Notes: generated from the letters alone by a model not told the origin. Positions 38,007-51,400 are shown, counted from the stretch's first letter. The stretch is 64,000 bases of DNA from Anthoceros angustus (GCA_010909165.1 MU008221.1:124001-188000), one strand, 5' to 3'. Translations and numbers: made by a program.

Positions 38007-40330
38007 CCTCCAAGAGTCTTCAAGAAGATTCTTGAACTAGCCTCGTCCGCTAGCCAACTGGGCATTAATGCTTGGTAAGCCCATCCTTCTAACAATCTCC
38101 CACATCTGCCGTGTTGTGCGCTGATTTGTGTCGCTAAGGATGGCTCTCCGAGGGCTCCAAGACTTGAATAAATGAGCTTCGCTCTGTGGCATTTGTTGGA
38201 TCCTTATTGTGTCCACAATTTCCATGGAGGTAGTACAAGATGTTCATGTTGTCCCACTGTGTTCAGTGTGGCTAACCGGATATGGATTGAAAATCTTGCT
38301 CACTTGGGATTGTTTGTTGCTCAACGTCCTCACCGGTTTCCACGCTTTAAACAACTTGGTCCGCAGATAGCCGTGATGATGAAAGGGAGAGCTTGACATC
38401 GACACGGCATGAAGGTAGCAAAGGCTTTGGAACCAAAGGCAACTATAAGGGACGGATCGTGAGTAACTTAGCCGAACTGTCACTTTATGCCGCAGAGACC
38501 GCTCTCCCTCCTTGATTGCTCAGCTGGTCGATTTTGTCGCAACCTAGGGCCACGTTCTATGGTGTTAAGGAGGAAAACCGTTGACTATCGACATAAGAAC
38601 TTCCAAATCATCCAGCCAGCGATCTAATGTGGACGCTTGTGGCCTTGACACAAGTCTCATCAAGCATGTCAGTGGTGACAAGGGGCAATAGGGTTTGTGG
38701 CGATGCTTGTAGCACATAACAAGGGCATTTGCCGCCATAGGATTTTGATGTGCACTTCTAGTCGAGAAATTTAGACTCAATGAGCAATTTACAATGAATG
38801 GAACCATGTCCCAAACCCGCCTCATGGAAAGCAACTTGAGAAGCATGCGGGTAGCAGTAGCGCTGGCTCCGACCGCCTTCCTTACTCCCACCGAAAGGGG
38901 CTGGGGTAACCCTTTTAACCTCTCTTCTATCATGAAGGAAGTGAGACAAGAATCCAACAGCAGGACGCTCCGAATCTTCAAAGCGATGGACCGTGAGTAA
39001 CTCACTATTGTTGTTGCGTGTAGATCGCCATCCGAAAGCTAAGACTGGTCGCTTTGTCGAACAACCAGGATTAACTTTAGGGCCTGTCAATGGTGGAGAG
39101 ACGTTGTTGGAATACCAATCAATTATCTAGTCCATGTATGTATTCAAGGCTTGTGACCTTGACCCAAGTTTCATCTAGGATGTCCCAGATGGTGGATGGG
39201 GCTAGGGCATTTTGGCCACGCCTGTAGCATATAATGGCCGCTGCGTGAACCCCTTGTCGCTCAAAGCCATTTGGATGTGCACTTTTAGTCGATCAGAAAG
39301 ATCAAGAAACAATTTACAAAAGAATGAATGCGAGGCGAACCAGCCTAAGAGGAAAGGTAGGAGCAACGCAATTGTTAACCAAAATACCCAGTCGACGGTG
39401 GATTGGACTTGAGATGCCCTACGCATCCTTTCATCTCTCAGAAAGGGGCTTGCATCAAGTCGAAAGCCTTTTCCAGAACTGGTGCACAAAACATCCGTCA
39501 CGCTGCAACACATGCGTGCAAAGCAAATTGAAGAACTACTTACTCTACTAATGGTCTTCAGCTCTCGACCGATTGGTTCCAATGCCTTTAAGCGCCAGAA
39601 AGGAAGCGCCAGACCGCCAACACCACTATCAAAGTCAGCCGGGTCTCACACAACGACTACCGAGCCACACAAGCTTATGGCAGATGATCATACCTGAATG
39701 CCTTGTATCCTTAAAGGCTTGACTTGACCTGAACAATACAATCTGGTCCAGCTGGCTCCACAAAAGCCTCTGGCTAACCCCATGCCTATAGGATCCGGAT
39801 GTTGCAAAACACGCCGGATCAGTGAGAGCGACAAACTAAAAAAACAAATCAGGCTCCCAATGTTAACACAGGAACGGATTGGAATTGCAAGCAGAAAATA
39901 GCTTGTGTCCCATTGATGCAAGGCCAAGAACTTCCCTACAGGCGTACATTCAGCAGTACATAGCCAAACGCATAGTGGAGTACGAGCACAAAGGAGAGTG
40001 GAGAGATGATTTATTGCTCACCTTCATGATGCTCATGGCGTAGTGGAAATTAGGGCCTTCACGGACAGAGAGAATGGCACACTGAGAGATAATAGGGACT
40101 GCCTTTTCCCCGGTTTTCCTCCACGGTGCATCGCCTTGGATGCCTTGCCATTCATTCACCGCCTCCCTTCTTGGGAGCCATGGTCAACCCGGCCTGCCAA
40201 GGGCGGAGGAGGGCGCCAATGAGCTTAGCGTCAGCAACAGGAATGATAGCGAAACACATGGCATCAGATAATCCGCTCTGTCGGGTCAATGAGGCTTGCC
40301 AGAGTCGCCGCATATTTCAAAGAACATTAG
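38007..40330 (-). pseudogene. Long degenerate orphan ORF with a diverged internal tandem domain repeat; 5' boundary uncertain
   Basis: AAIICYRRGQNALAPSTIWDILDETWVKVTS (~39149-39241) vs ALVMCYKHRHKPIALVTTWDMLDET(C/W)VKATS (~38635-38726, read from the cleaner copy at 7711-7803), with synonymous third-position changes. Confidence 0.45.
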
Positions 40331-41218
40331 AACTTGTGGATACCTAGGTACCTACGTCTCGAGAGCACTTTCCCTTGTGCTTAAATATCCTTCACATAGG
40401 CATAAGTAAAACCTCAAAAAAGTATATTGAATAAAATATAAAATTCTATTAAAATTATTATATGGCTTGCAATGGAATAGATAGAATCTTTCATTTCTTT
40501 TTCTTACATAAAATCTCCTTTCTACATGTAATAGAAAAAAATTTATTGAGGAGAAAACTTGATGGAAAAAATCCATCCTGCATAGGACAATCGTTTCCAC
40601 ATGTAATAATATATAGATAAAGAGCTAGTTATAAACTCTGGAAATTCCTTGTGCATAGAAAACATTTGCTATTCCTTAGAAGACTATACGGCAACATGGA
40701 TCGACATATGAATTCTTAATTTTATTTTCTTCTATTCTATGGGCCCCAACACATTGGTGGTTGGCTGTCCCAATCAAAAATTTCGTGGCTCGGAACTACC
40801 CGGTTTTCGATCAACCTAGGGACCTCCTACGTTGCAACACGACTTCACCACACCATGATCTTCCACTACTCCTTTCCCAGCACCTTCCCACAATTGGCAC
40901 ATCCTCAACCACCAACTCGATGCCTAGCCCGCCACTGCTCCATCGAATCACCGCCTACGACCCACAATCAACAACAAACAATTGTAGGTCCTTGTGGAAG
41001 ATCACATGTGAACTAACCCCGCCTCAAGTGTCAGGTGAACGATTTTTTTTGTTTTGGGTGTGTTAGAATAGTAGTGCTTTGAGAATCGTCTCGAGTGTCT
41101 TTTATACGGAATGGTCCTTGGCCCTTGGAGATAATAATAATTTTTCGACCCTTAGGTTTGACCCCGAGGGGTAGAAATAGAGTCCTTGGGTATTGGGAAT
41201 TTTAGAATAAAAGGTGTC

Positions 41219-41224
41219 TATATA
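41219..41224 (+). promoter_or_regulatory. Upstream TATA-like box in LTR (also 52114-52119, 21186-21192, 28065-28071)
   Basis: gtcTATATA preceded by aataaaa, conserved in all four LTRs, ~25 nt before an ATG in LTR B. Confidence 0.5.
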
Positions 41225-41243
41225 TGCTAGGGATGCTCACAAT

Positions 41244-43735
41244 ATGCCAGTTGTGTAGTCAAGTGGGTGGTGGCTAGTTCCACCACGGTGGCCGAGAAAC
41301 GGACGCATGCACTGTGGGGAATTTACAACCCTAGTGGCGGAGCGGACTACCACGGAGCGCAATCGGGAGAAGGGCACACCCAAGATCATGAGGTCGCGAC
41401 TTTCCGTGAGGGGCTGGAGAGCCGCAGCAAGAGGGGCGCTACAGCACTACCACGCCAGCCAAATCACCGCCTCACAGGTGGGAGGAAAAGGCGACGATCG
41501 TGGCAGAGCGGCGGGCGGAGGAGAGAAATCGCGCAAGTTCGCGAGGAGGCGTGGAAGGAGCGCAGGGCGGCTCGATTTTTTTTCTCTTCGACCGATCCGC
41601 AGGGTAGTCGAGGTTTTGTTTTGGGAGACAACGAGAGAAGGAGATGGCGCCCGAGCGGGCAAAATCTCACTCACGCAGCGGCCCAACATGGACCATGGAA
41701 AGTGAGAGCACTGCGTGAGCCGGGTCCAAGTTCATGGAGAAGAAATGGTGCTACGACACCGCATTGGTGCAAGAGTGCGCCCGCAATTAAGGACCAAGTC
41801 GCAAGAGGGTGACGCGAGGAAAAGGCCGCAGAACTGGATTTGGCCTCTTCGAGCAAGCAGTGGGCGAAGCATCGAGGATGGGAGCTTGGTGATTGACCCC
41901 AGAAAGAAGACTTTGAAAGCCGCAGCCGCGCCATGAAGCCCGGGGAAGTGAGAGTGAACAATGGCTGGGTGAATCGCCAACTCGTGTTCGCACAGTGGGA
42001 TTGGCCAAATGGATTTTGTGTTCCTACGTAACCTAAGTCGGATCATATGGCGGATCACTTCTTGGTTTTTCTTCACGAGGTGGTCAAGGGTACACAAATT
42101 GATTGGGGAGGATGATTTTCGAAAGAGCCTGTGAGGAGAAGGCGACTTCTCTTCCCTCGGCCCTCCTTGATTTCGCCTTTTCCGATTCATGTATTTGCGC
42201 ATTCGTGTTTAACTGAGTTGAAGTCCGCCCGCATGGTTGGAAGCCGTGGAACTCAAGGTAGAAGAGGAGGAATTGAAGGAGGATTCGGGCAAGGATTCCA
42301 GCTTGGGAGTGCGCTCGGAAGGTTCGGAAGAGGGAGGGGAAGTTTCAAGGGCGGCAACGGCCTAACGGGGATCGGCGAAGAAGGAGGACCAGAGGAGGAA
42401 CCCACAGCCACACCTGTGGTCACCGTGTCAAGACGGCAGCAGAACGCTGTAAAGGAGGAAAAGTAAAGGGAAATGGCAAGTTGCTCCCTCCTGTGGGATG
42501 AATCGCCGCTAGGGGAGAATGAAGCGGGAAGAGGCAAGGCACCAACCCCTAGGAGAGGAGGGGTTAACTCCGAGACCGCAACGAGCTCCGGACATTTTTG
42601 GCGACATTTCACCGAACCGTCCTACGAGGTGGGGATAGGAGACACCGCCGATAAGAATTGTTGTGGAGGCGGATGGGCAAGGGACAGCCCAATTTGGGGA
42701 TTTGGTGGTTTGACTGCCATGGCATGACAGCGGATCTCCTCGATGCCATGGCTCTCACTTGGCCGAGTGCAAGGCCAACAGGAGAAGTTGCTCAAGGAGA
42801 AGTTGGAGAGCCCGAAGGCGAGAGCAAGGCCGAGGAGCGCAGACGGAGTGCGGGCGGCCTTATGCAAGGCAGGAGGAAGGACATGTCCACTCAGAAGCTT
42901 TAGTAAATCAGTCAAGGGGCGATGCTACAATTGAAGAGCTTCAAGATGAGGTCTCATGAGTCCGTGGAGCAGGGCGATGGCGCCTTGGAGAAATTCAAGA
43001 AGGAGAGGTACAAGCGGAAAGAGACGGGCTTAGGGCCGAGTCAAGAGAGAGGTGGCCAAACCAAGAAAGGCCGAGCAATGCCACCGCAGGAGCAAACAAC
43101 CACCGTGGGAAGCAACCACCACGGTGGCTAAACCAGCCACCGCCGTGGAACGGGAACCGAGGTGGGGAAGTCACCGACGGAGTGTCGCAGATGGAGGGAT
43201 GATCCCTGGAGAATCAACAGCACCGCCTGTGATTGTCCACGGAGGAGAGGGTAAGGACCTCAGATCGGCGGGCGACAGTTACGGCGTCCGGATGAGGATG
43301 CTCATGTCCCCGGCCGCATGGTGAGCGGTGCTCACTCTAAACGTGTATGTGGTTGTTGGGATGAGGGGCGTAAACCACCGGTCAGACATCTTGACCGCCA
43401 CAGTGCTACTGCTGGTTCCTTCGAGTAGGAGCGGGCGCCTATCCTCCGCAAGTGGTGCCGGAAGAGATGAGCGAGGCGCAGCGAGCATGGAGGGAGGAGC
43501 ACGATGGTTGTCCAAATGAGGAGGAGCGGACAATGGACATAGAGACACAAAGGCAACGTCGCTGGAAGGCGCGAGGGAAATTCAGGAGAGCGAGGTGGAG
43601 GTTGTGGGGAAAATCGCCGGATCAGGCGAGGTCAAGAGCGAGAGGGGTCCCCATGGGCCGAGGGCGAGGCAAAGAATCGCGAGGCGGCTGATTTTAGGAG
43701 AGTCGCGATAGCCTAGGACCGGGTTTTTTTCGTAG
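41244..43735 (+). CDS. Putative LTR-encoded accessory ORF, 5' LTR copy (frameshifted in this consensus)
   Basis: FMEKKWCYDTALVQECARN, KGTQIDWG, RPSLISPFPIHVFAHS, E/K-rich tract, coiled-coil QGQQEKLLKEKLES. Confidence 0.55.
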
Positions 43736-43846
43736 AGGATAGGGAGTTCCATCACCGTGAGTCATGTTGCTTAGATTGGTAAGGCGCCGTGGTAGGAGCT
43801 ACAATTTTAGACACTAAAGAGAAGTGAGTGTTGGACCACGCCGATG

Positions 43847-43851
43847 TATAA
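43847..43851 (+). promoter_or_regulatory. Downstream TATA-like box in LTR (also 54758-54762, 21952-21956)
   Basis: gatgTATAAgagaccctt conserved between diverged LTR families A and B. Confidence 0.45.
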
Positions 43852-44635
43852 GAGACCCTTTGGGTGTCTCTCAAGGCGATTTCGTGTGAACTTCCGTATC
43901 GAACCGAGGGGTTGATTGGAGACGCCCGTCAAGATCAAACGGGTTCGGCACCGTCTCGTCACAAGAAGGCCGGAAGATCTCGGATGGTCGAGAGCGGAGT
44001 GGCCAAGCTCCACGCCTGGGTAACGGAAGGTAGGCCGTGCCACGAAAAGAGGTAGGAGTGCCGGACGGCCGAGGCGGAATCTGGAAGGCGAATCGCCCAA
44101 GCACGACCGGGTTTTCCGATCCTCTTTCCAACCGCTGCCACTGTGTGTGTTCATTCCATGAGAGGGTCTGTGTGGCCCAAGGAGGGTCTGTGGCCCAAGG
44201 GAAAAGGGGTCTGTGGCCCGTGAGACGAGAGAGAGTTCATTGGGAAGGGAAAGGTTCCTGAGGTAGTTGTGTGCGCTACCGGGAGGGATTGTGAGAGCGT
44301 GAGGGAAAATCGAATGAGGGGGAGTGGAAGCGTGGTAGGATCGCAAATTCCTGTAAGTAAGGTGAGGCGATCCGATAGCCCCTAGGTCCGTGTTAGAGAA
44401 GTCGCGACAAATAGACTCGCGAAGGCGGCGCTAAACCACATGGTGGCCGAGTCTACCACGGTGGTGGGTTTGGGCAGGGAGAAGGTGGGTAGCGAGCGAC
44501 GGGGGTCTAGAATCCATAGATTTAGCACACCTTGACACAACACCATTCCCTTGGGATCGAATCCTAGGACTATAACGACATAGAGGGTAAATGTGGCCTC
44601 TTTGCGCCTTCGGATGCAAAACCCATTCCACATTT

Positions 44636-44651
44636 TGGCGCTGCCGGGAAT
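44636..44651 (+). promoter_or_regulatory. Primer binding site, tRNA-Asp type
   Basis: tggcgctgccgggaat after LTR CA+ttt. Confidence 0.8.
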
Positions 44652-44725
44652 GAAATCACAAGGTTATAGGGGACTAACCATAGCTTAGGTGTCTAGTTTT
44701 GGAGTGTATCTAGTTAGGTAGATGG

Positions 44726-47700
44726 ATGCCACGGTTGAGTCGAGGGTTCGAGTCAAGTCGGGACGGAAGGCCACACGAGAAGCGACAACGCCAAGCAATC
44801 GGAAAGGTTAAAAGGGTTGCAAACCGCGAGTTGAGGAGGGTCCACGAAGACGCACGCTGGAGAAGGAGGTAAGGAAGCAACCGTGGACGGGGTCCGATCT
44901 TGTTGGAGCAAGATCCCCAACCGGACTTGGACGAGGTACCACCGCCAAGGAACCTCGGACCAATTCCATCCACCGACCTCTTCCAAAAGTGTGCGTGCCG
45001 TTGGAGATCAATCGACTCCGCAGAACCGTTGTTGGACCAACCACGAATCAAGAACGATAGTCATGACCACCACCACACCGGTGGTGGTCACCACCAAGCA
45101 ACCTTATCCGTCAGATGGAGAGGGAAGGGTATGAAGACCGATGAATTTGTTGAGCGCTTTGAGGACATTTGCAAACCAGAAGCGGGAGATGCACACAGAT
45201 TCATTGTTCTATGGAGTTCTTCGGGGTCCAAATAAGTGGTATAGGCGAATACCTCAAGTCACCCACACCTCCAAAGAACCTATGAAGAATTAAAACCGCC
45301 TGTGAAAGGTTCAGGGGCTTGACGAGGGATACGTGTTGTCCAAGCTTGAAAACCGCAGAGGAAAGAAGGAAACCTTGCAGCGTATGTGGAGAGGTTTCAC
45401 CACGCGATCAAGTGGCCCTCACTGAGTTGCAGCAACGGTGGTTCGCTAAAGGCCCGGGTTCTAAGATGGGGAGACACGAAGGTTACAAGCGGAGAAGAAT
45501 TTGGGCAAGGCTATCAAGGCGGCGCTAAACTATGAGGAATCCAACCCGCAAGGGAGGAGGAAGGCTAAGAAGGAGAAGAAGAAGCCCAGATGGAAAAAGA
45601 AGGGATTCCTCATCCTCCTAAGGAAGTTCATCGTGAAGAAAGCTCCACGAAGATTCCACGAAAGTTCCTGAGGAGGAAACGAGATGTCGAGGAAGGCCAT
45701 CGATGAGGAGCGCCAAATGGAAAAAGAAAATGAAGGGTCGTGCACGGACAACAAGGAGGGCAAGGGCAAAACAGAGGCGATGTACGCAAAAAGGACGCGA
45801 ACAAAGAGAAGGGAGGCCGAGGTAGCCAAGAAAGTAGAACAACAGGGAACAAGATGGAGGAGATGATGGCAAAATTCGAGAAATTCCATCTTAATGCGGT
45901 CAAGGAACATGAGAGGCGGAGAGTCACGAACCCACGAGCCAACCTCTTCTGCTCAACGTGGGCAGGACACTCCAAAGCTAATTGTCCGACGACAAGGGTA
46001 CACCGGGATATGAGGAAGAGGAGGAAGAGGGTCCGTGGAAGATACATACGATCCGGAGGTTCACCAACCCAAGTGTACCCAAAGACCATGTACCCGCCAA
46101 CCTACGTAATTCCACGGGTAGGCGTCAGAATCACAAGGGTAACAATCCAATGGGCACCGCCTTGTGCTATAATTGTCGCAACCTTGGACACTACATAAAT
46201 GCCTTATCCAACTCACAAGGCAATGGAGATTTTGATAAACTATGTCAAGATTGTAGAAGGGCATTTGGCGTGAAGTGTGCTCGCCAAAGCCCCAAAGACG
46301 GTGAGGATCGCGGCACCACCCGTAACGGAGTTCCCGCCAAACCCAAGTCCGGTGTCCGCCATGCATGTTGAGGACGCACTTATGGCGGTATGGGAGGATG
46401 CCGAGATTGGAACCCCGAGGAGCTTGGAGGGATTAGACGCAGAGGGAAGGGTATGAAGACCGATGAATTTGTTGAGCGCTTTGAGCAGACATTTGCAAAC
46501 CAGAAGCGGGAGATGCAGATTCATTGTTCTATGGAGTTCTTCGGGGTCCAAATAAGTGGTATAGGCGAATACCTCAAGTCAGCCACACCTCCAAAGAACC
46601 TATGAAGAATTAAAACCGCCTGTGAAAGGTTCAGGGGCTTGACGAGGGATACGTGTTGTCCAAGCTTGAAAACAGAGGAAAGAAGGAAACCTTGCAGCGT
46701 ATGTGGAGAGGTTTCACCACGCGATCAAGTGGCCCTCACTGAGTTGCAGCAACGGTGGTTCGCTAAAGGCCTGGGTTCTAAGATGGGGAGACACGTAAGG
46801 TTACAAGCGGAGAAGAATTTGGGCAAGGCTATCAAGGCGGCGCTAAACTATGAGGAATCCAACCCGCAAGGGAGGAGGAAGGCTAAGAAGGAGAAGAAGA
46901 AGCCCAGGACTGGAAAAAAAAGAAGGGATTCCTCATCCTCCTCGGAAGGAAGTTCATCAGGTGAAGAAAGCTCCACAGAAGATTCCACAGAAAGTTCCTC
47001 GGAGGAGGAAACGAGTGACAGTTCGGAGGAAGCGTCATCAGATGAGGAGCGCGCCAAATGGAAAAAGAAAATGAAGGGTCGTGCACGGACAACAAGGAGC
47101 AAGGGCAAAACAGAGGCGATATGCAAAAAGGACGCTGAACAAGGAGGGAGGCCGAGGTAGCAGCCAAGAAAGTAGAACAACAGGGAACAAGATGGAGGAG
47201 ATGATGGCAAAATTCGAGAAATTCCATCTTAATGCGGTCAAGGAACATGAGAGGCGGAGAGGCATCACGAACCCACGAGCCAACCTCTTTCAACGTGTGG
47301 GCAGCAGGACACTCCAAAGCTAATTGTCCGACGACAAGGGTACACCGGGATATGAGGAAGAGGAGGAAGAGGGTCCGTGGAAGATACATACGATCCGGAG
47401 GTTCACCAACCCAAGTGTACCCAAAGACCATGTACCCGCCAACCTACGTAATTCCACGGGTAGGCGTCAGAATCACAAGGGTAACAATCCAATGGGCACC
47501 GCCTTGTGCTATAATTGTCGCAACCTTGGACACTACATAAATGCCTTATCCAACTCACAAGGCAATGGAGATTTTGATAAACTATGTCAAGATTGTAGAA
47601 GGGCATTTGGTGAAGTGTGCTCGCCAAAGCCCCAAAGACGGTGAGGATCGCGGCACCACCCGTAACGGAGTTCCCGCCAAACCCAAGTCCGGTGTCCGCC

Positions 47701-48450
47701 ATGCATGTTGAGGACGCACTTATGGCGGTATGGGAGGATGCCGAGATTGGAACCCCGAGGAGCTTGGAGGGATTAGACGCAGAGGGAAGCGATTATTATG
47801 GGGAAGCCTCGCCATGGTCATAGAACAAGGAGCACAAAAGCAAAAGAGAGGCGACGGGGAAAAAGAAGAAGGAGGCGGATACGACCACGGATCGATGAGG
47901 GAGAGAGTGTCGCCACCACTGGGCGGAAATACCAACACCGGGAACGCTCAAAGACAAAAAACAAGTCCCGGTGACTTGGCGGATGGACCATATGTGCAAA
48001 AGAGTGATGCAATGAGACTGAGTGTTCCAAGGCGGAAAGGTGAATGAAGGGGTCAGAAAGCCGAAGGGGTGGAACCACCGATTTCGAGAAAGTTACCGAA
48101 CCGAGTTAGGGTTTCCACCGGACGACGGGCGAAGTCATGGATATGATACAAGAAGAATTGGCAAGGAGGCTACGGGGAAAAGGCGGGGTGTCGATTTCCA
48201 CCACCCTGTGGGAGTCCACCACCCCACCGGAAGGGCCACCGCATTCCCAAGTCATGACGAACCGGAACCCACAACCAACCAAACTCGGATGGTAGGTCGG
48301 CCACCGCTTCTTTCAATCTCGCCGAGGCCATCATGGACCAACATTTCATGATCACATTCGGACAACTCCTCCGAGACAATCCGCGTATAGGCAATGATCG
48401 AGGGCGTTAAAAGAGGCGCAACCCAAAAAGAGGCGCAATGTTCCTATACC
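44726..48450 (+). CDS. gag: gag of element B (capsid region, Ser/Glu-rich tract, two CCHC zinc knuckles), containing a 1.33 kb duplication
   Basis: DEFVERFE, WFAKGLGSKMGRHVRLQAEKNLGKAIKAALNYE, SSSSSEGSSSGEESSTED, NLFCST...GHSKANC, LCYNCRNLGHYINA. Confidence 0.85.
45119..47788. repeat. ~1.33 kb tandem duplication within gag (45119-46440 / 46441-47788)
   Basis: Junction microhomology agagggaag; identical ORFs repeated. Confidence 0.9.
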
Positions 48451-48479
48451 CAGTCAGCGTGAACTTGGTATCCATGGTG

Positions 48480-51400
48480 GATCAAGGCCCACCAACCTGT
48501 GGAAATTTCGGATGTGTCATCAAAGGAGTGCCTCGACACGGGGTCGGTGTAAATATTATGACGTAAGACACGGCTAGGAAATTGGGCTTGGATATTGAAC
48601 ATACTACCAAGGTTTTGAGGCTAGCCGACATGTCCGTAATGGTGCCGGGGAACTGGGTGCTAACGACCATTGGAACCATCCCTACTTGATGGATTATGTA
48701 GTCATCCAAAGAAAATCGCTGTGGCACGCCCCTAATTGGCCGAACATGGATGTACGATCGCAATGCACGCCAAGTGGGGAGGAAGGAAGTCGGTTTTAAA
48801 CCGCTGGAATGGGATCCCAAGACCAAGGAGGAAGGATGTGCCTATCGTGGAGTAAGGACATGTATGCAGTGTGAAACTCCAATCAAATGTAAGGGGGTAC
48901 ACTCGGCAGAGGACACGTGGGAGATGGAAGAGGAAGATAGGTTCCTGTCGCACACATCTCATGGTCGATGAGGAGCAGGACTACCGCAGAGATATCCCAT
49001 ATACAATTAACCCAAGAGGGTCGTTACGGGTAACCGAATGCTCCGGAAGGGGTCCGGTGGATTCAACAGCAGTGGAGAAGTGGAGGAGGCGCCACGCAGC
49101 CACGCCGGAGGATTTGTTTAGGGAATGGGGCATGAGAGAAGAGGAACCGGAGAAGAAGGATTCGGGGTTAGCACCGCACTGAGAGCGCGAGTGGGTACAG
49201 CGATGAAGTCAAGGACGTTGAGGTTCTTCCGGAAGGTGCTCAAATTCTCCGTAACAATGGATGCGGCGTTGGAGGAAGGAATGAAGCAACCGCTGCGTAA
49301 TTTATCGATGTTTTCGCCGAGGTAAGACATGAAGGGATCCCCAAAGAATGGGGCATAGGATTGACTGGAACCGTGAGCAATCCGAAGGATTCCACAAGAC
49401 AAGTTAAATCCAAGTACTCCTCAAGGTAAAGGATCGCTTGGAGATGTACCTCAAGGCGGACGTGATCTATCCTATAGTCAATACCGAATGGGTGGCTCCA
49501 ATAGTGGTAGTACTAAGAGGCGTGCAAAATCCGAGTTTGTCGATCGGAGAAGGTTGAATAAGGTCACCAAGAAGGATCACTTTCCTACCCTTCATCGATA
49601 ATATCCTCGGATCCGTCGCAGTGTAATGGCGATTCATTCCTAGACGGTACTGGGTATAATCACCGCACCTTAGGGAGAGCGATTGGCCTCGACCGCTTTT
49701 ACAACCGATCGGGGACATATGCTTACAAGCGCAGCGCATTTGGGTTGACGGAGCACTGGGTCCTTCATGCGAGCCATCGTCAAAATTTTCAAGGACTTCC
49801 TCGCGACTTTATGGAAGTTTTCCGACGACTGCGATTCGGGCCGTCAAGGACCATCCGCCGCACCTCGGAAGTGCCCGGAGCGCCGAGCAACGCAATTATG
49901 CTCGCATCCGAAAAGTGCTACCGCATGTCGAGGAATTCGCTGGGGCATCGAATTTCAAGCCGAGGTATAGAAGTAGATCCGACAAGGTAAAGGTCATCGC
50001 CACCCTTAGAGCACCAATAACGCTAAAGGAACTCCGCGGTTCCCGGGATGGTCATATTATAGACGCTTGCTCCAAATTTCGCCAAGCGGGCCCACTAACG
50101 AGCTTGTTAAGGAAGGATCGAGTGGGGAGTGGACGACGAACGGGAGGAAGCATTTCGTGACTTACGCACCACGCCACAGCCCCACGCTAAAAGGACCGGA
50201 TCGAGTAAGAAGTTCCACGTTGCTGATGTTTCAGATTTGCAATTGGGTCACCTTAGCAGCGGATGAGAAGAAGAAGGATTTTCCGATCTACTATGCCGAG
50301 ACAACTAACGGACGCGAGCGAAGTATACCACCACGGAGCGCAAGCACCGGAATGGTTTACTCGGTCGAAATTCGACACTACCTCCTCTCGTATGAATTTG
50401 TGTTCCATGTTGACCACTTTGCCTTGAAACACCTTGTGAATAAACCCGACCTTTCGGACGATAGCACGCTGGATCTTGCCGCTGTGAGTTTACCTTCACG
50501 GAAACGAGAGAGGGTAGGAAGCATATCAATGCCGACTTCATATCTCGATTGAAAACAGGAAGGTGGAAAACCACCGGAAGACGACTTTCCGATGAGACAC
50601 GTCATAGGAGTTGCAAACCAACCAGTGAAGCCCGGTTCGGAAGGAGGAGCCAGATCGATTGAGAAGGGAGGGTGGCTTCAAGACCAACATATCGAGATAT
50701 ACGATTATCTTGGCACAGGCCAAATTCCTCCACATCTATCCAAGACATGATTCAAAGCGTTGTCCACTACTCCGCACCATCTACACGGCACAATATGAAT
50801 TTATACCGAGTCATCCGGACGGGGAGCGGTTATGGGTACGCATCAAGGTGTGAGCGAGTCCCGAGCTCTTTACACGAAGAAGAGGCGGAGGTCATTATGC
50901 CGCATGTCACATGCAGGAAAATTTTGAGGTCGGCTATTGGTGGCCTACAATGTACAAGGATGCCAGTTCGTGAAGCCGTGACGCTTGCCAAAGGGTCGGC
51001 AAGCCAACAAAGAACAACCCAATGGCCCCTTGTCCCCATACTTGCACCGCACCATTCGAGAAATGGGGAATCGATTTTGTCCCCTATCCAAAACCAAGGC
51101 TCGCCAAAACCAATACATCCCGTTACAGACATCGCGGATGGTAGAAGCATGCACCGCCGGTAGATTCGGGCGACGTCGAGCGATTCTGCTCGAGCAAATC
51201 ATCACCGATATGGCTGCTACCGGAGCCGGTGACAGAGGAACACATTTCACAATCGTGTAATTCCAACATGACCAACCACTTCAACGCCGCCACGTGTGAA
51301 GTCCACGCCTTTATAACCCAAAAGCCAATGGGTAAAAGGAAAATGGCTTGTTGTGCAAGATCCTAACCAAACTCACCGCCTATGCGATGATCGATATGAA

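Larger units (their letters stand above)
34109..38799 (+). repeat. Segmental repeat unit, copy 3 (block X in + orientation, truncated after ~0.8 kb)
   Basis: Collinear with 15161-19141, then with 6960-7878; identity ends at gagcaatttacaatgaat. Confidence 0.9.
40993..44632 (+). repeat. 5' LTR of element B
   Basis: tgtggaagatcacatg...aaaacccattccaca; collinear with 51885-55545. Confidence 0.93.

Noticed and set aside
39300-39410. Transmembrane/env-like segment DWVFWLTIALLLPFLLGWF
   Set aside because: Frame relative to the conserved repeat is uncertain because of indels; insufficient for an envelope call
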